Positions 1 to 12,790 of a DNA stretch of 64,000 nucleotides are shown here, piece after piece. The stretch comes from the human T2T-CHM13v2.0 reference genome, Homo sapiens. How positions within the stretch are numbered: the stretch's first letter is position 1; every line of letters starts with the position of its first letter. The notes beneath the pieces are model-generated. The model saw only the letters and a program-made list of their open reading frames with translations. It ran no database searches and was not told where the DNA came from. The stretch lies in assembly GCF_009914755.1 (NCBI RefSeq), contig NC_060931.1; one strand, given 5' to 3'. The position numbers and the translations under genes are program-made.

Positions 1-70
1 TCGGAGGAGAGGCGAGGCCGCGGGGCGGGCGCTCCAGCCGGTCTCCTGTGGCGGCGAAATTCAGTACCAT
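1..70 (-). other. PDGFA proximal uORF (MVLNFAATGDRLERPPRGLASPP..., open to window edge)
   Basis: ATG at 70-68 in strong context (GGGATGG); no stop in 23 codons before the window edge. Confidence 0.75.
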
Positions 71-332
71 CCCTTAGGGAGCGCGGCCCGGAGGAGGGTG
101 GCGCGGGGAGCACGGAGCTGGCGGAGCGCGCCCGGCGCGAGCAGTGAGTGCGGAGAGGCAGGCAGCGCCAGCCAGGAGGAGGAGAAACAGGGAGTGCGCG
201 CCCGCAGCGCGGGGAGCCTCCTGGGCCGCCGGGTAGGGGGTGGGGACGGAAGGGGCGGAGGGCGGGGGCTGGGCTTCTTCCTCGGTGCGTTCCCGGTGCT
301 GGCCGCCGCCGCGCTCGCTCCCCGCGCTGGCT

Positions 333-374
333 TCAGGAGCGACCCGGCCGGTAATTCTGCATATTTGCGGACAT
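333..374 (-). other. PDGFA distal uORF with two in-frame uAUGs (MSANMQNYRPGRS*)
   Basis: ATGs at 374-372 and 362-360 share a frame; TGA at 335-333. Confidence 0.8.
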
Positions 375-407
375 CAGCCCCAAGAAGAACTCCGGAGGGA
401 GTCTGGG

Positions 408-428
408 GCCGCCGCCGCCGCCGCCGCC
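408..428 (-). repeat. (GGC)7 trinucleotide in the PDGFA 5' UTR
   Basis: gcc x7 on the + strand. Confidence 0.95.
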
Positions 429-849
429 ACACCGATCACCTGCCTGAACGCCTGGCCCGGCCCCGGCTGCGAGCTGCGAGCCGCCCTGCGCGCCCACCGC
501 CGGCCCCGCGCTCGCCTCCGGCCTCCTCTTGCAGCCGCCGCCCGGCCGGGCACAGCGCGGCCCAGCACCCCCTCCGCGGCGCGCCCTCGGCTCCGGCGCC
601 GCGCTCCGCCCTCCGCTCGCCGGGGCCGGGCAGCGCCCGCGGCCGAGCCGCCTGGCAGCCACCACCCGCCGCCCGGGGCCTCGCTGCGCCGCCCGCGCGG
701 GCCTGAGGGCGGGCGCAAGGCCGAGTCGGCGCCTCCGCCGCAGCCGCCGCCGGGAGAGGAGGAGGAGGAGTAGGCGCAGGCCCGGCTCGCCGGAGTTGGG
801 CGGGCTCCGCAGGGCGCGCGTGTGGAGCCGGCCGGCGGCGGGGAGAGGG

Positions 850-854
850 TTATA
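850..854 (-). promoter_or_regulatory. PDGFA: PDGFA TATA box (TATAA)
   Basis: ttata on + strand, embedded in GC-rich DNA immediately downstream of the GC boxes. Confidence 0.9.
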
Positions 855-862
855 GCGCCGCC

Positions 863-909
863 GCCGCGCCCCTCCCCCGCCCCCGCCCCCGCCCCCCCCC
901 CCCGCCTCC
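863..909 (-). promoter_or_regulatory. PDGFA: PDGFA nuclease-hypersensitive element: Sp1/EGR1/WT1 GC boxes, G-quadruplex/i-motif
   Basis: Minus strand GGAGGC-G12-C-G5-C-G5-C-G5-A-G4-CGCGGC, directly upstream of TATA; matches the described PDGF-A NHE architecture. Confidence 0.9.
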
Positions 910-1313
910 CCCGGATTCCGGGCCTGGGACCCGCACCTCGGAAGCGCTCGGGGTTCGTGCGGACCCGGCAGGGCCCGGGCGCCGCCGCCGCGGCAGGGAG
1001 CACACACGCGCTCGCGCAAGCAGCTAAATCCATCAAAGCCCCGCGCCCGGCTCCGCGCCGGGGCTCCGCGCCCCTCCCTCGAGCTTGCCCACCCTCCAGT
1101 GCCAGCTGCAATCCTGCGGCACCGGGTGGGGAGGGAGGAGGCCGCCGCAGAAGCGCCGCCGTCGCCGGCTCGCCTCTCTCGGGCCCCAGCGGCGGCAGCG
1201 GGCAGCGCCCAGAGCTGCTGCGCCAAAAAGGGCCAGAGAGCCGGTCCCCGCCCCCGCCCCGGCGCTCCGGCCGCTCTCCACGGTTCGGATCCAGGGCCCC
1301 AGCCTTCCTCTCT

Positions 1314-1323
1314 CCATAAAAGG
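1314..1323. promoter_or_regulatory. CArG box / serum response element
   Basis: CCATAAAAGG = CC(A/T)6GG about 0.5 kb upstream of the TSS; an SRE is described in the PDGF-A promoter. Confidence 0.75.
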
Positions 1324-2224
1324 AGGGGGAGTCAGTCTTTGGGGAAGGAGGGGGGCGGGTTTGGGGCACTCACCTGGCGGCTGCCACGCGCCCCCGCCCA
1401 GGATCCGAGGCCTGGGGCATCTGAATGAGGACCCTCCACCCACATTTCCACTTGGGAGCGAGCTCCAGTCGGGGAAAGGGCCTGCAGCCCGCCTCGTCCC
1501 CACCCTGGGACCCCGCGCCCCCCAGTCCCCCACTCCCGCGCCGAAGGCAGGGCCGCGCCCTGAGCCGGGAAGTCGAGGGGATGGAAGGGAAAGGAGCCAC
1601 CGGTGAGGGTCCCCCGGGTTCTGAGCCTCCCGCGTCGGGATCCGTGGGGCGCACAGAGCGCCACCTCCGGCCGAGGCGCAGCTCAGAGCGCGATGCGGGG
1701 GAGGAACGCGCGCGGAGGCCGAGGTCTGAGCGTGGCTAGACGGCTCCCACGCCGAGAAAGGGCGGGTGCGCCTGGGCTGGATGGATTTCGCCTCCCTAGA
1801 CCAGGAGGGATTGGACCCTGACTACAGGTCCAGGTGCTCGTCAGTGCCCTGCCAGGGGGTCTACGCGTCCTGGTACCGGGTCCAGCGGGGTGGCGTGCTG
1901 TGCAGACCCCGAGGCTAGACGGCCTAGGCCCCTGGAGCCCAGGAGACGCTTCCTTGGGTGAGCAGCGGAGAATCCCGCCCGGCCCAGCCGTCACCCCCAA
2001 CCCTGTCGATTAAACCCCTGCCCCCGTCGCGGTCGCCCTCCCTCCAGACAAAGGCCGTTAAGGCGCAGCCCCGCGGGCGGTCTTTCATCCCCAGCTAGGC
2101 CAGCTCTAGCATTTCAAAGGCCGAATCCGGAGAGCGCTTCGGGGGCTCTCCCCTTCCCCCAAATATTTGGGGAGCGACGCCTCTCCCTCCGCTCCCAGTG
2201 GGTCGCGTCTACACGCGCCCTTCC

Positions 2225-2255
2225 ACACACCTGCAGGCCCCCCTCCCCACGTCTC
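2225..2255 (-). promoter_or_regulatory. Probable PDGFA 5'-S1-hypersensitive (5'SHS) silencer
   Basis: GAGACGTGGGGAGGGGGGCCTGCAGGTGTGT about 1.4 kb upstream of the TSS; resembles the described NM23-bound silencer (from memory). Confidence 0.55.
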
Positions 2256-2906
2256 TCCCTTCCGTTGGCCGCAGCCCCACACCACGACCCCCGCGGTCAA
2301 GCATGCCCTCTGGGTGGTCAGGACCAAGCGGGACCGGGACAGAACCAGGGGAGCCTTGGAAACGTGGAGGAGCCCCTTAAAGCCAGGCCTTGTCCCTCCA
2401 GGGGGAACTTTCGGCTTGGGAGGGGACACCCACTGCATGGCTTCTGGAAAGAGCCGGACTCGCAGGGCCAGGACGCAGGCCGGACCCCGGCCTCATTCTT
2501 CGGCCAGTTATCCCGGAGTGGCGCGCATCCTGTCTTCCTGGGCCTCGGACTGCTCGCGCGCAGAGGGGGCCCGAGGACACCTCTGTGGGGTTAGAGGACT
2601 CGGTAAGACGGTGTGGAAGGCAAGGAGGAAGGTCGCGTTGTATTGGGGATGGGGTACCCGTCCCTCCCAGCTTGAGGGATCCTGGGGGTCCTCGCCGCCT
2701 CTGAGGGCCTAGATGGCTGCTTCCCTCGGCTCCCCTGCCCGGCCTGGAGCTACGGGTGCGCCCAGCTAGAGTTTAGGGCCACCTGGGGACGTGCAAGGGG
2801 CGCTGGAGCGAGGCGGGGGCTGGGGCGGGGCGTGGGTGCTTCACCCGCGGGGGACGCAGAGCTTAGGCGAAAGCGGTGCAGGCATCTCTCTAATCGCCGG
2901 CCGCTA

Positions 2907-2941
2907 TTAAAAATAAAACCGCGACCCGTCGCCATGGCGAC
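2907..2941. promoter_or_regulatory. MEF2-like site plus palindromic RFX X-box-like motif
   Basis: TTAAAAATAA (2907-2916) fits YTAWWWWTAR; GTCGCCATGGCGAC (2928-2941) is a perfect 14-bp palindrome. Confidence 0.5.
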
Positions 2942-5897
2942 CACAACAACAGCGGCCGCGCGAGGGAGGCGAAAACTTGTGCAGCCGCGCGACAGCCGCC
3001 TTCTGGGGAGACTCGGGGCACGACGCACCCGGCGTGGGACTGGGACCCCCCTGCCCGGCCCCGCCACATTCTCCGCCGGATCCCCGGAAGACACAAGGAG
3101 ACGTGGACCCCCACAGGCTTTTTTGGGGGGATTGGGCGTTGAAACCGCAGGGCTGACTTAACCAAGAGGTCACCGACTTGGATAAAAAACCCACGCCCGC
3201 GCGGACCCCCCTCCCCGGCCTTCGTTTCCATTCAAACTCCCAGCGTCCTCATTGCAGCCCCTGGGGAGGGGGACGGAGGGACGAGGTGGGTTTCAGGTGC
3301 TCGGCCCAGGAGGGGACGGTGCGACCCGGGCCCCGCCGGCGGGTTTTGCGCGCGGAGGCTGCGGCACCTGCCCCGCCCGCCCTGCCGCGATCCTTGCAGA
3401 CGGGGGCGGTCACATGCTTCTTTCTGGCCAGGAATCGAGTTTCACTTCCAGCCGCTATTAGTCGGTTCACACAGTTCACTGCAAACATTTGATAATGAGG
3501 CTAAATATACTCCCGCGTCGGAGGAGGCGTGGGCGTCCCCGCCCAGGCCCGGGAGACAGAGGCGCGGACCCCGGGACAGAGCCTGGCTTTGTGCGGGAGG
3601 CAGACGCGCCCCGCGCGCCGCCCCCGAAACATTCGCACCCCATGCTGAGGCGCGCGTCTGGGAGTCCGTGGGCGCCCCGAGGTGAGCCCGGGGCCCCTGG
3701 CGGAAGCAGCGGGGAGCTCCCGGCGGGTGCGGGGAGGTGCTGGTGGGAAGCAAGGTGCACCTGGCGGCCTGGGATGTCCGGTCGCCCCCGGAGCCGGTGC
3801 ATCCGGCCTCTCCCGGCGCGCCCCGACGTGCCCGCGGGCTCATAATTACCGTGAGTCAGGTGCCCCAAATAGGCCGAGCGAGGGGGGCCGTCGCGCAGCA
3901 GGGGCGGGTGGCCGGACGTCTGCCCGGGACTGGTTGCCTCCCGCCCCTCCCCAAGACCCTGGCACCCAGGGAGGGCGGGAAAGGCCTTGGCCATTCCTCT
4001 GGGTAGGGGACTGGAGAGGGGAAGAAACTTTCGCCGAGTCCAGCGCTGCCCCCTCATACCCATCCCCACCCAGGCTGCGTGTCCGGGGCCCCTCCGGGGC
4101 TTGGCACCAGCAGGCACGCAGCGATCGCCGTCGTTGTTATTTAGTAGTAGTAGTAACGGCTGACATTTACAGCGACGTCGATGGCGCCAGGTGCCAAGCT
4201 CTTTCCTTGTATAATTTCATGGACACTCACGCATCAACTCTAAGCGAAGACTTGGAGCGGGGCTCAGCACCCCAGGGGTACCTCTGCAAGCTCGGTAAAT
4301 ATAGACTATCCTCAATTCGCAGGGGCATTTGTACGTGGGGTGTACAGGCAGGAACAGGAAAGACGCTGTGGCCACCCAGGAGTAGGGGTGGCAGCCAACA
4401 CCCCCTGGATCCCCAGTTCCAAGGTGCAGGGAGGGGGGCAGAGGCCAGTTCCCTCCGCTCTCTGCCCCTTGACCTTGGCCTTGGTGAGCTCTGTCCCTAG
4501 ACTGCCCTGGGTGTCTGTTCCCTCATCTGAAAAGCGTGAGGCCCACAGCCGTCACTGCACACAGCTGCCGTCACTGCACACAGCTGCCTCCACTGTCGGG
4601 AAGCCTCCCTCCTGCCCACCTGCCCAGGAAAAGCTGCGCTAGCGTGCCCTGGGCAAGCGCCCTGCTGGCCACCTGCCTGCACCTGGGTTGGGGGTGGGGG
4701 GACCAGCTGAGCACCCAAATCCTGGCCTCTGCCCCCAGCGCCAGAGCAGATTTCAGAACAATTTGTAATGACGAAACCCCACGTTTCCCTTTATCTCTGG
4801 GCAAGGCTTTCTTCGTCCTAGGCAATTAATCCAAAAGCAACACCAGCCGAGTGGGCTGGACTCCTTGAAGATCAAAACTGCCCAGCGCAGGCATTAATTA
4901 AGTCATTATCTCAGGCCCCCAGCGACTAGGGATCAGGCCTTTCCAGTTCACACTCTCCAGAAAGGGAGATAACTGCCCCGCCAGCAGGGTGGGAAGGCTC
5001 TCTCTCCATGTTGTTTTAACTCCCTATTAAATCATTTTATTTTAAATACACAAACAGAAATGAAGTTGAAAATAGCACAGGAGCCCACTATCACTGTGTG
5101 AACATTTTGTGAATGAAGACATGTATGAAAGGATGTTTGGAGGCTTCAAGAAACGAAAGCCGAGAGTCTAGCTAGACCAGAGCCATCCAGCCCAGGAGCG
5201 ATGGCCACGTGTGGCCGCTGGACACGAGAGAAGTGGCCAGTCCAAACTGTGCAGTGCGGTAAGGGCAGAACACATGCCAGCTTTCGAAGGCTTAGTAAAG
5301 AATGCAAAATTTCTCAATTGGGAATTTTTGTATGAATTTCAGGTTGAAAAAAACATTTTGGATATATGGAGTTAAATAAACATGATTACAATGACTTTCG
5401 CTGTCAGCCTCCCGGAGGCTCATTTTGCTCCTCTGGGCCACAGCCAGCTCAGAGGGTTGCTCTAGGAAATATCTACACGTTCTTGAAGCACAGGTTTATG
5501 TGCCAGGCACTGTACTAAGTGCTGGGGACACGGCGTTAAGACCAGGCCCTCACGGAGCCCTCACTCTCTGAGGAGGAACAATAAGTCAGAGAGCGCGCGA
5601 GTGCAGCCCTTCAGGCAAAGGATTTCAGGCCCAGGTCAGGAAGGCCTTGTCTGAGGAGTCTGAGAAGAAGTCAATTGACAACAGCTAGAACATCTAGGTC
5701 AGGCACTCCAGGCCGACACGACAAAGCAGGTGCAAAGGCCCCAGGGCGGGAACCAGCGTGGCTTGTTCACAGAACAAGGAGGTAGATCGCTTGCCCTTGG
5801 GACCAAAGGAAGGCTCTGGATTTTATTCTAGGGGCAGTGGAAGCCGTTGGAGGGCCTCAGGCAGGAACACAAGGTGTCGTGGCAGAAAGGAAGAAGG

Positions 5898-6198
<301 letters not shown>

Positions 6199-8025
6199 AA
6201 TAATTGTGTTATTCTGTCTCCATTTCTCGCATACTGAATTTAAGGTGGACTCAGCCAGCGGGTTCAGGCCCAGGGTCTGTCCTGCAGCTACAGTCAGGGT
6301 TGGTGGCTGCAGCTGTCATGGGGGAGCGGTGAGGTTGGGGGAACAGGGGGGCTGGCCTGCATCCTCCACTTTCAGGTGGGCTCAACTCCGTCTCGTGGCC
6401 TATTGGGGGCCAGCATGGGCTTCCTACAGCATGGAGGCCTCCAGGGTCAAGCTGCCTCTGGGATGGCAGAGGGCTTTGTGTTCGTGCTCCCACGCCCACA
6501 GTGGAGGCAATACACCCTTTCCAGATCTAGCAGTACAGGTGCGCAGCACCACACCTCTGTACGCTCTCAGCCTAAGCTGTCCCCAGCCCTCCTGGCCTCT
6601 GGAGGAGGGGACGCAGAAACTCCATCCCGGACAGAGGGAGAGCCAGTGTGTGCACAGGCAGCTTCTAACACTGCTTCGTGGTTTCACACGGCTCCCTCAT
6701 GGAGAAGGGGCTGGAGGAGGACAGGGAGGTGTGCAGTCATCTGGGTGACATATGAGGGTGGCTGGGCTTCCAGATGGCTGCAGTGGAGACCGTTAGAAGA
6801 GTGCACGAGGTAAGGCTTCCGAAACGCCCAGCAGGTTCCTGGCAGCTGCAGACAACTCAATTCTTAGCACTTGCCAATAGCTGGGGTGTAAACACTCCCG
6901 CCGTCGCTATTTCGGGCTATGCTCCTTGCCTCCACTGGGTCTGGCTCTTAAAACAGCAAGAAAGCAACTCGGAAGCTGAGTCAGCCCCGTCTCTCCACCG
7001 TGCCCACAGATCCTTCCCTGTTCCAGAGCTCCCGTTGGCAGCCAGCTGGGCTTCTCAGGGGGCATCTCCAGTCCTGTGCAGTCAGAGAAAACCAGGGAAG
7101 CATCTTGATCTCACCTAGAAATTAAGGCCATCACATCCAACACCTGCATTTTACAGGTGAGGAGGCTGACATTACAAGTAGTGGTGGTGGTGACATTTGA
7201 ACCCAGACCCCTGTCCTCCGGGGCCTGCTGTTTCCCTGGGAGCTGCGGACTCTGCGTGGAGACACAGAAATAGAGACCCAGATGGCTCCCATAGAAACAG
7301 AGTCACCCCCCAGGGCAGCTGGAAGGGAGTGGGAGAGGACAGGTCCTCAAGGGCCTCTGCTCTCCACTTCCCTCCCCGCCTCGCCGTGTCCTCTCCCTTC
7401 CTCTCTCCAACCCCTGCAGGGGGAGGCCTGGCTGGGAAGAGACGTTTTCTGAGTAGATGTTTTGGCTGGGCAGACTGAGCTTTGAGAAGCAGCCAGGCCA
7501 AGCGGGGCTAGGGAGTGAGGGCATTGGGGAGCCTGAACTTTAGTGACCACTGCCCCTCCCAGGCCAAAGCCGCAAACCCCTCCCATCCCCAAGGGCTTCA
7601 GACTCAAGGCCCAAGTTCCTGCATGTTGGATGTGAATTCCGAGTTCCAAGGTGGGGCAGGCGTGGGCCTGAGTCATCCGGCAGGTCACTGGGGTCACCCG
7701 GTTAAAGCCCAGGCCAACCCCAGAGCGCTTCCCCTGGGCGCTGCCCACAGCCTCTGTTCCTCTCGTGACCGTGGATGGTTGGGAGCAGCCTGTGGTCCCT
7801 CATTCCATCCGGTTTTGAGGGCCTCACCGCTGTCTAAAGGTGCAGGTTAGACATCGGGAGAGGCGAAGGAGCCAGGCCAAGCCCCCGCGCCCCTGACCTT
7901 CCTCGGCCTCTGCTGAGGGAAGAGGATGAGACGCCGGCCCTGCCCCATGGAAAAGACCCCAAATCGGGGTGACCAGCACCTCCCTTGAGCAGAAGCACAA
8001 ATCTGACCTTCACCAGCAGGGCTGA

Positions 8026-8490
<465 letters not shown>

Positions 8491-9179
8491 AACCATATCT
8501 TAGAGCCACAATAATCAGAACAGTGTGGCACCCATGTGACCAGAGACCCCAGAAAAGGCTGTGTTGTAAATGAAGAATTTTAAAAGACATTGAAAGGATT
8601 GTGGATTAAATGCAGTTGAAGCTGTTCTAAAAAAAAAAAAATCTGATGAAATCCTCATTTTACCCCACACTAACTTCAGATGTATTAAAAATTAAGTTTA
8701 TATATATATATTAAAAGGTTCAGGGATAAACTTGTACCACGTGAAGCAAGGATAGGCACACATCCCCTGCCACATTCCTGCCAAAGATGTTTAGCCCTGA
8801 TCGGACCTCAAGGAAACAAGGAGACAACCCAGACTGAGACACATTCCACTTAACACCTGGCCTGACCTGCAAAAACATCATTGCCATGAGAAAAGCACCA
8901 GAGGGCGACCGTTCTAGACTAACAGGAACTTAAAAGACCTGACAACTCAATGCCATGTTCCATTCTTGATGGACTCCCACATTCAAACCAGCAGGCAGCT
9001 CAAAAGCTGATTGGGACCACTGGGGAAATATTAGATTACTTTATTGTATCACTGTTGAGTCCTTTGGGTGTGCTGATGGTGTGATGGTGGTGCAGGAGGA
9101 CCTCCTTGTTCTTGGGTGATGCCATGGCAGTTGGGGTAAAGTGTCATGATGTTTGCAGCTTATTTTCAAATGGTTGGGA

Positions 9180-9990
9180 GGGGAATATAGATGATGGACA
9201 GACAAATGATGAATAGATAGATGATTGATGGAGGGATGGATAGATAATGAATGGATGGATGGATACATGGTGGATGAATGGATGCATAGATGAATGAATG
9301 GATGGATGGATGGATTATGGATGGATAGGTGATGAAGGAATAGATGATGGACAGATGGGTAGATGATGGATGGATGAATAGAAAGATGGATGGATGGATA
9401 GATAATGGATGGATAGATGATGGATGATGGATGGATAGATGATGAATGGATGAATGGATACATGGTAGATGAATGGACGCATAAATGAATGGAGGGATTA
9501 CAGATGGATAGGTGATGACGGAATAGATGATGGACAGATGGGTAGATGATGGATGGATGATGGATGAATAGACAGATGATGGATGGATGGATAATGGATG
9601 GATGGATACATGATGGAGAGATTGATAGATGATGGATGGGTGGATGATGGATGGACAGACACATGATGGATGAATGGATGGATAGACAATGGAGGGATGG
9701 ATACATGATGGATAGATGGGTGGATGAATGGATAGAAGATGGATTGATGGATATAGATACATGATGGATGGATGGATAGGTGATAATGAATAGACAGATG
9801 ATGGATGGATGGATAGGTGATACATGGGTAGATGGGTGGAGGGATTGATAGATGATGGATGGATAGATGGACAGAAGATGAATGGATATATGATGGATGG
9901 ATGGATGGATGAGTAGATGGATGGATGGATGGTAGAGTGATAGATATAGGTAGATAAATATAGAGATAGATATAGATAGAAATGAGAGAT
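9180..9990. repeat. Degenerate (GGAT/AGAT)n simple repeat, ~0.8 kb
   Basis: Continuous gatg/ggat/agat units. Confidence 0.95.
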
Positions 9991-10197
9991 AAAATGGGGA
10001 CAACAGGTGAATGAGGTGAGGGGTATACAGCTGTTCATTGTATTATTCTTATGACTTTTCTGTAAAATTGAAGTTTTCAAAACAAAAAGTGGTGGAAAAA
10101 AGCTAATTCCTATTTCCTAGTTTTCCCATAGTTTATCAAACTTCTAAAATGGAGAGAACGTTCAGAACTTAGAAAGCACAGAGCAAACCCCAAATAA

Positions 10198-10564
<367 letters not shown>

Positions 10565-11393
10565 TAAGTTTAAAAAAAAGACCGTTGGGTTTGACAGTGT
10601 AGACAATCGAAAGATCTCGTAAAAAATTTAAAATCTAAACAAATGGAATCCTTTAGTTTTGCGTTACACTTAATTTCCAGTGTCCCTGTGTTCTTATCTG
10701 CATGTACAGAACAACATATTTGCCACATTTTTAAAGCACATTTATCTATCGGGGTCTCTGCTCATGCTCAGAAAACCACTGATGATGTGCAGGAGAATCA
10801 CAGCTGGGAAGAAACACAGGAGGACCTTTTCCTTCATCACCAACCATGCCCCCCCCAGCCTCCACCCCCGCCCCGAGGGAGAGGCCTGGGGAGCACAGGC
10901 TACTTTCTGAGCTTCCGGAAGTTGCAGGTCAACCTGGCGGCAATTTGGCACCAGGAGCCACCAGTGTGGCCGCGGCCCCTGACCCTGTAATCCCACATCG
11001 GGCACCCAGCCTAAGAAAACGACACGTTTGCTTCAAGGGCTCAGAGCACCAGGATTTAAAACAGCAACTAGGAACAACCTAAGATCCTAGGTGCTCCGAG
11101 ATCAAGATGCCAGAAAATAAATCAAATCAAATCAAATCCCAGGCGCAAACGGCCCTCGTGTTCTTACCCCTCCTCTCGCTGTTGGAAATCGCGGCTCCAT
11201 TTATGGGTGGACAGAAAGACAGCCTCCTAGCACCGGGCTTATAGCTTCCACGCCCTGTTCTTCTCCAAGCCCTCGCCCGGCGCTGCCCGGTCCTCAGTGC
11301 GCGACACGACGCTGCCCGCTGAGGCGTCAGAGCTTGGGGCTGCTTGTCACGTTTCCTCCACACCCAGCGTCCGGATGCTCTGTGATGTGTTAA

Positions 11394-11734
<341 letters not shown>

Positions 11735-12120
11735 CCCAGAAATGCTGTTGCTTCTGTTTTATAAGAGGCACTGGGGCATGAAAAGCTATATCTCTGATGG
11801 GGCTGTGTGCCTGGCGGGTCCTGCCTGGCTCTGGCCCCCAGGTGCCCTCTGAACGGACAGTGCTGCCTGGGGACGCCCCTGGCCACACAGGCCAGCCCCC
11901 GCCACTGGGCCAGCAGAGCTGGGCTTTAGAGTTGACCTCCTGCCGACTGTGTGACCTCAAGCAACTCACGCTGACGCCCTGAGCCTCAGTTTACCCGTCT
12001 GGGATGCGATGACTGCCACTCCAGTGCTGCTGTGATGGGAAAAACAGAAGCCGTGCTGAAGACCCTCCCGGCCCCTGCAGACTTGCCACCAGCCTGGTCC
12101 CTGTTCCGCCAAGCCTGGGA

Positions 12121-12205
12121 GTGGGGCCGGGCAGGGGCAGGCGGGGCAGGGGCGGGGGGCGGGGGGCGGGGGGCGGGGGCCAGGGTGGCAGGGGGTGGGG
12201 GGCAG
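12121..12205 (+). repeat. G-run cluster (G-quadruplex potential)
   Basis: More than 10 runs of G3-G6 with short loops. Confidence 0.85.
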
Positions 12206-12479
12206 TGCTCAGCGGGTGGGCTGGTTGGGGGCGTGGCTGTCCTGTGACGGTGCCGTGGCTCGGTGGGCTGGCCTCAAGGGGAGGCTGGAGGGTCTGGGTG
12301 ACTCCTCTTCCTGGCTGAGAGAGACTGCTTCACCCACACTGCCCTTGGGGGCCAAGTGAGGTGTGGGGGCAAATGGCTTTCTTGTGAAACAGACTCCGAA
12401 CACCCTGGGGTAGGCACCAAACCATGCTGAGGAATAAAGAGCTGAGAAGTGGGAGGGAGACAGTAAACTGAAGGAGAAT

Positions 12480-12790
12480 AGGAAAGAGGAGGAAAAGGAG
12501 GTGAGCAGGGAGGTGAGCCACGAGGTGGGGGGTGAAACAGAGAGAGGAGGTGAGGGAGGAGGTGAGCCCCAGGGTGGGGTGAGAGAGGAGGAGACAGGGG
12601 AGGTGAGGGGGACAGGGGAGGTGAGGGGGACAGGGGAGCCACGAGGCGGAGGGTGAAACAGAGAGGAGGAGATGGGGGAAGTAAGCCACAGGGCTGGGGG
12701 TGAGACAGAGAGGAGAGGGGGTGAGAGAGAAAGGAAGTAAAAGAGCAAGAGAAGGTGAGAGAGAGAGGAGGTGAGAGTCAGAGAGGGAAG
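12480..12790 (+). repeat. Purine-rich low-complexity / imperfect tandem repeat
   Basis: Recurring GGAGGTGAG / GGGGGTGAGACAGAGAGGAG units. Confidence 0.75.

Larger units (their letters stand above)
1..820 (-). other. PDGFA: PDGFA exon 1, long GC-rich 5' UTR (main ATG just beyond the window edge; TSS approximate)
   Basis: Reverse complement matches my recollection of the PDGF-A leader; it lies ~30 nt downstream of TATAA (850-854) and the characteristic G-run element and contains three uAUGs. Confidence 0.9.
1..4200. promoter_or_regulatory. CpG island / bidirectional promoter
   Basis: Very high GC and CpG density by inspection, falling off after ~4.2 kb. Confidence 0.9.

Noticed and set aside
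61-4500. Many overlapping 100-330 aa ORFs
   Set aside because: Expected from stop-codon depletion in a CpG island; mostly non-ATG starts and low-complexity R/G/P/A content.
4549-4588. Short local duplications (also ~46139-46200 and ~52942-53020)
   Set aside because: Ordinary two-copy slippage duplications with no evident function.
7850-7990. Distal PDGFA enhancer described about 7 kb upstream
   Set aside because: Distance fits and a TGACCT is present, but I cannot recognise the element sequence with confidence.
9041-10080. 320 and 304 aa IHPS-rich ORFs
   Set aside because: Translation of the (ATCC)n simple repeat.
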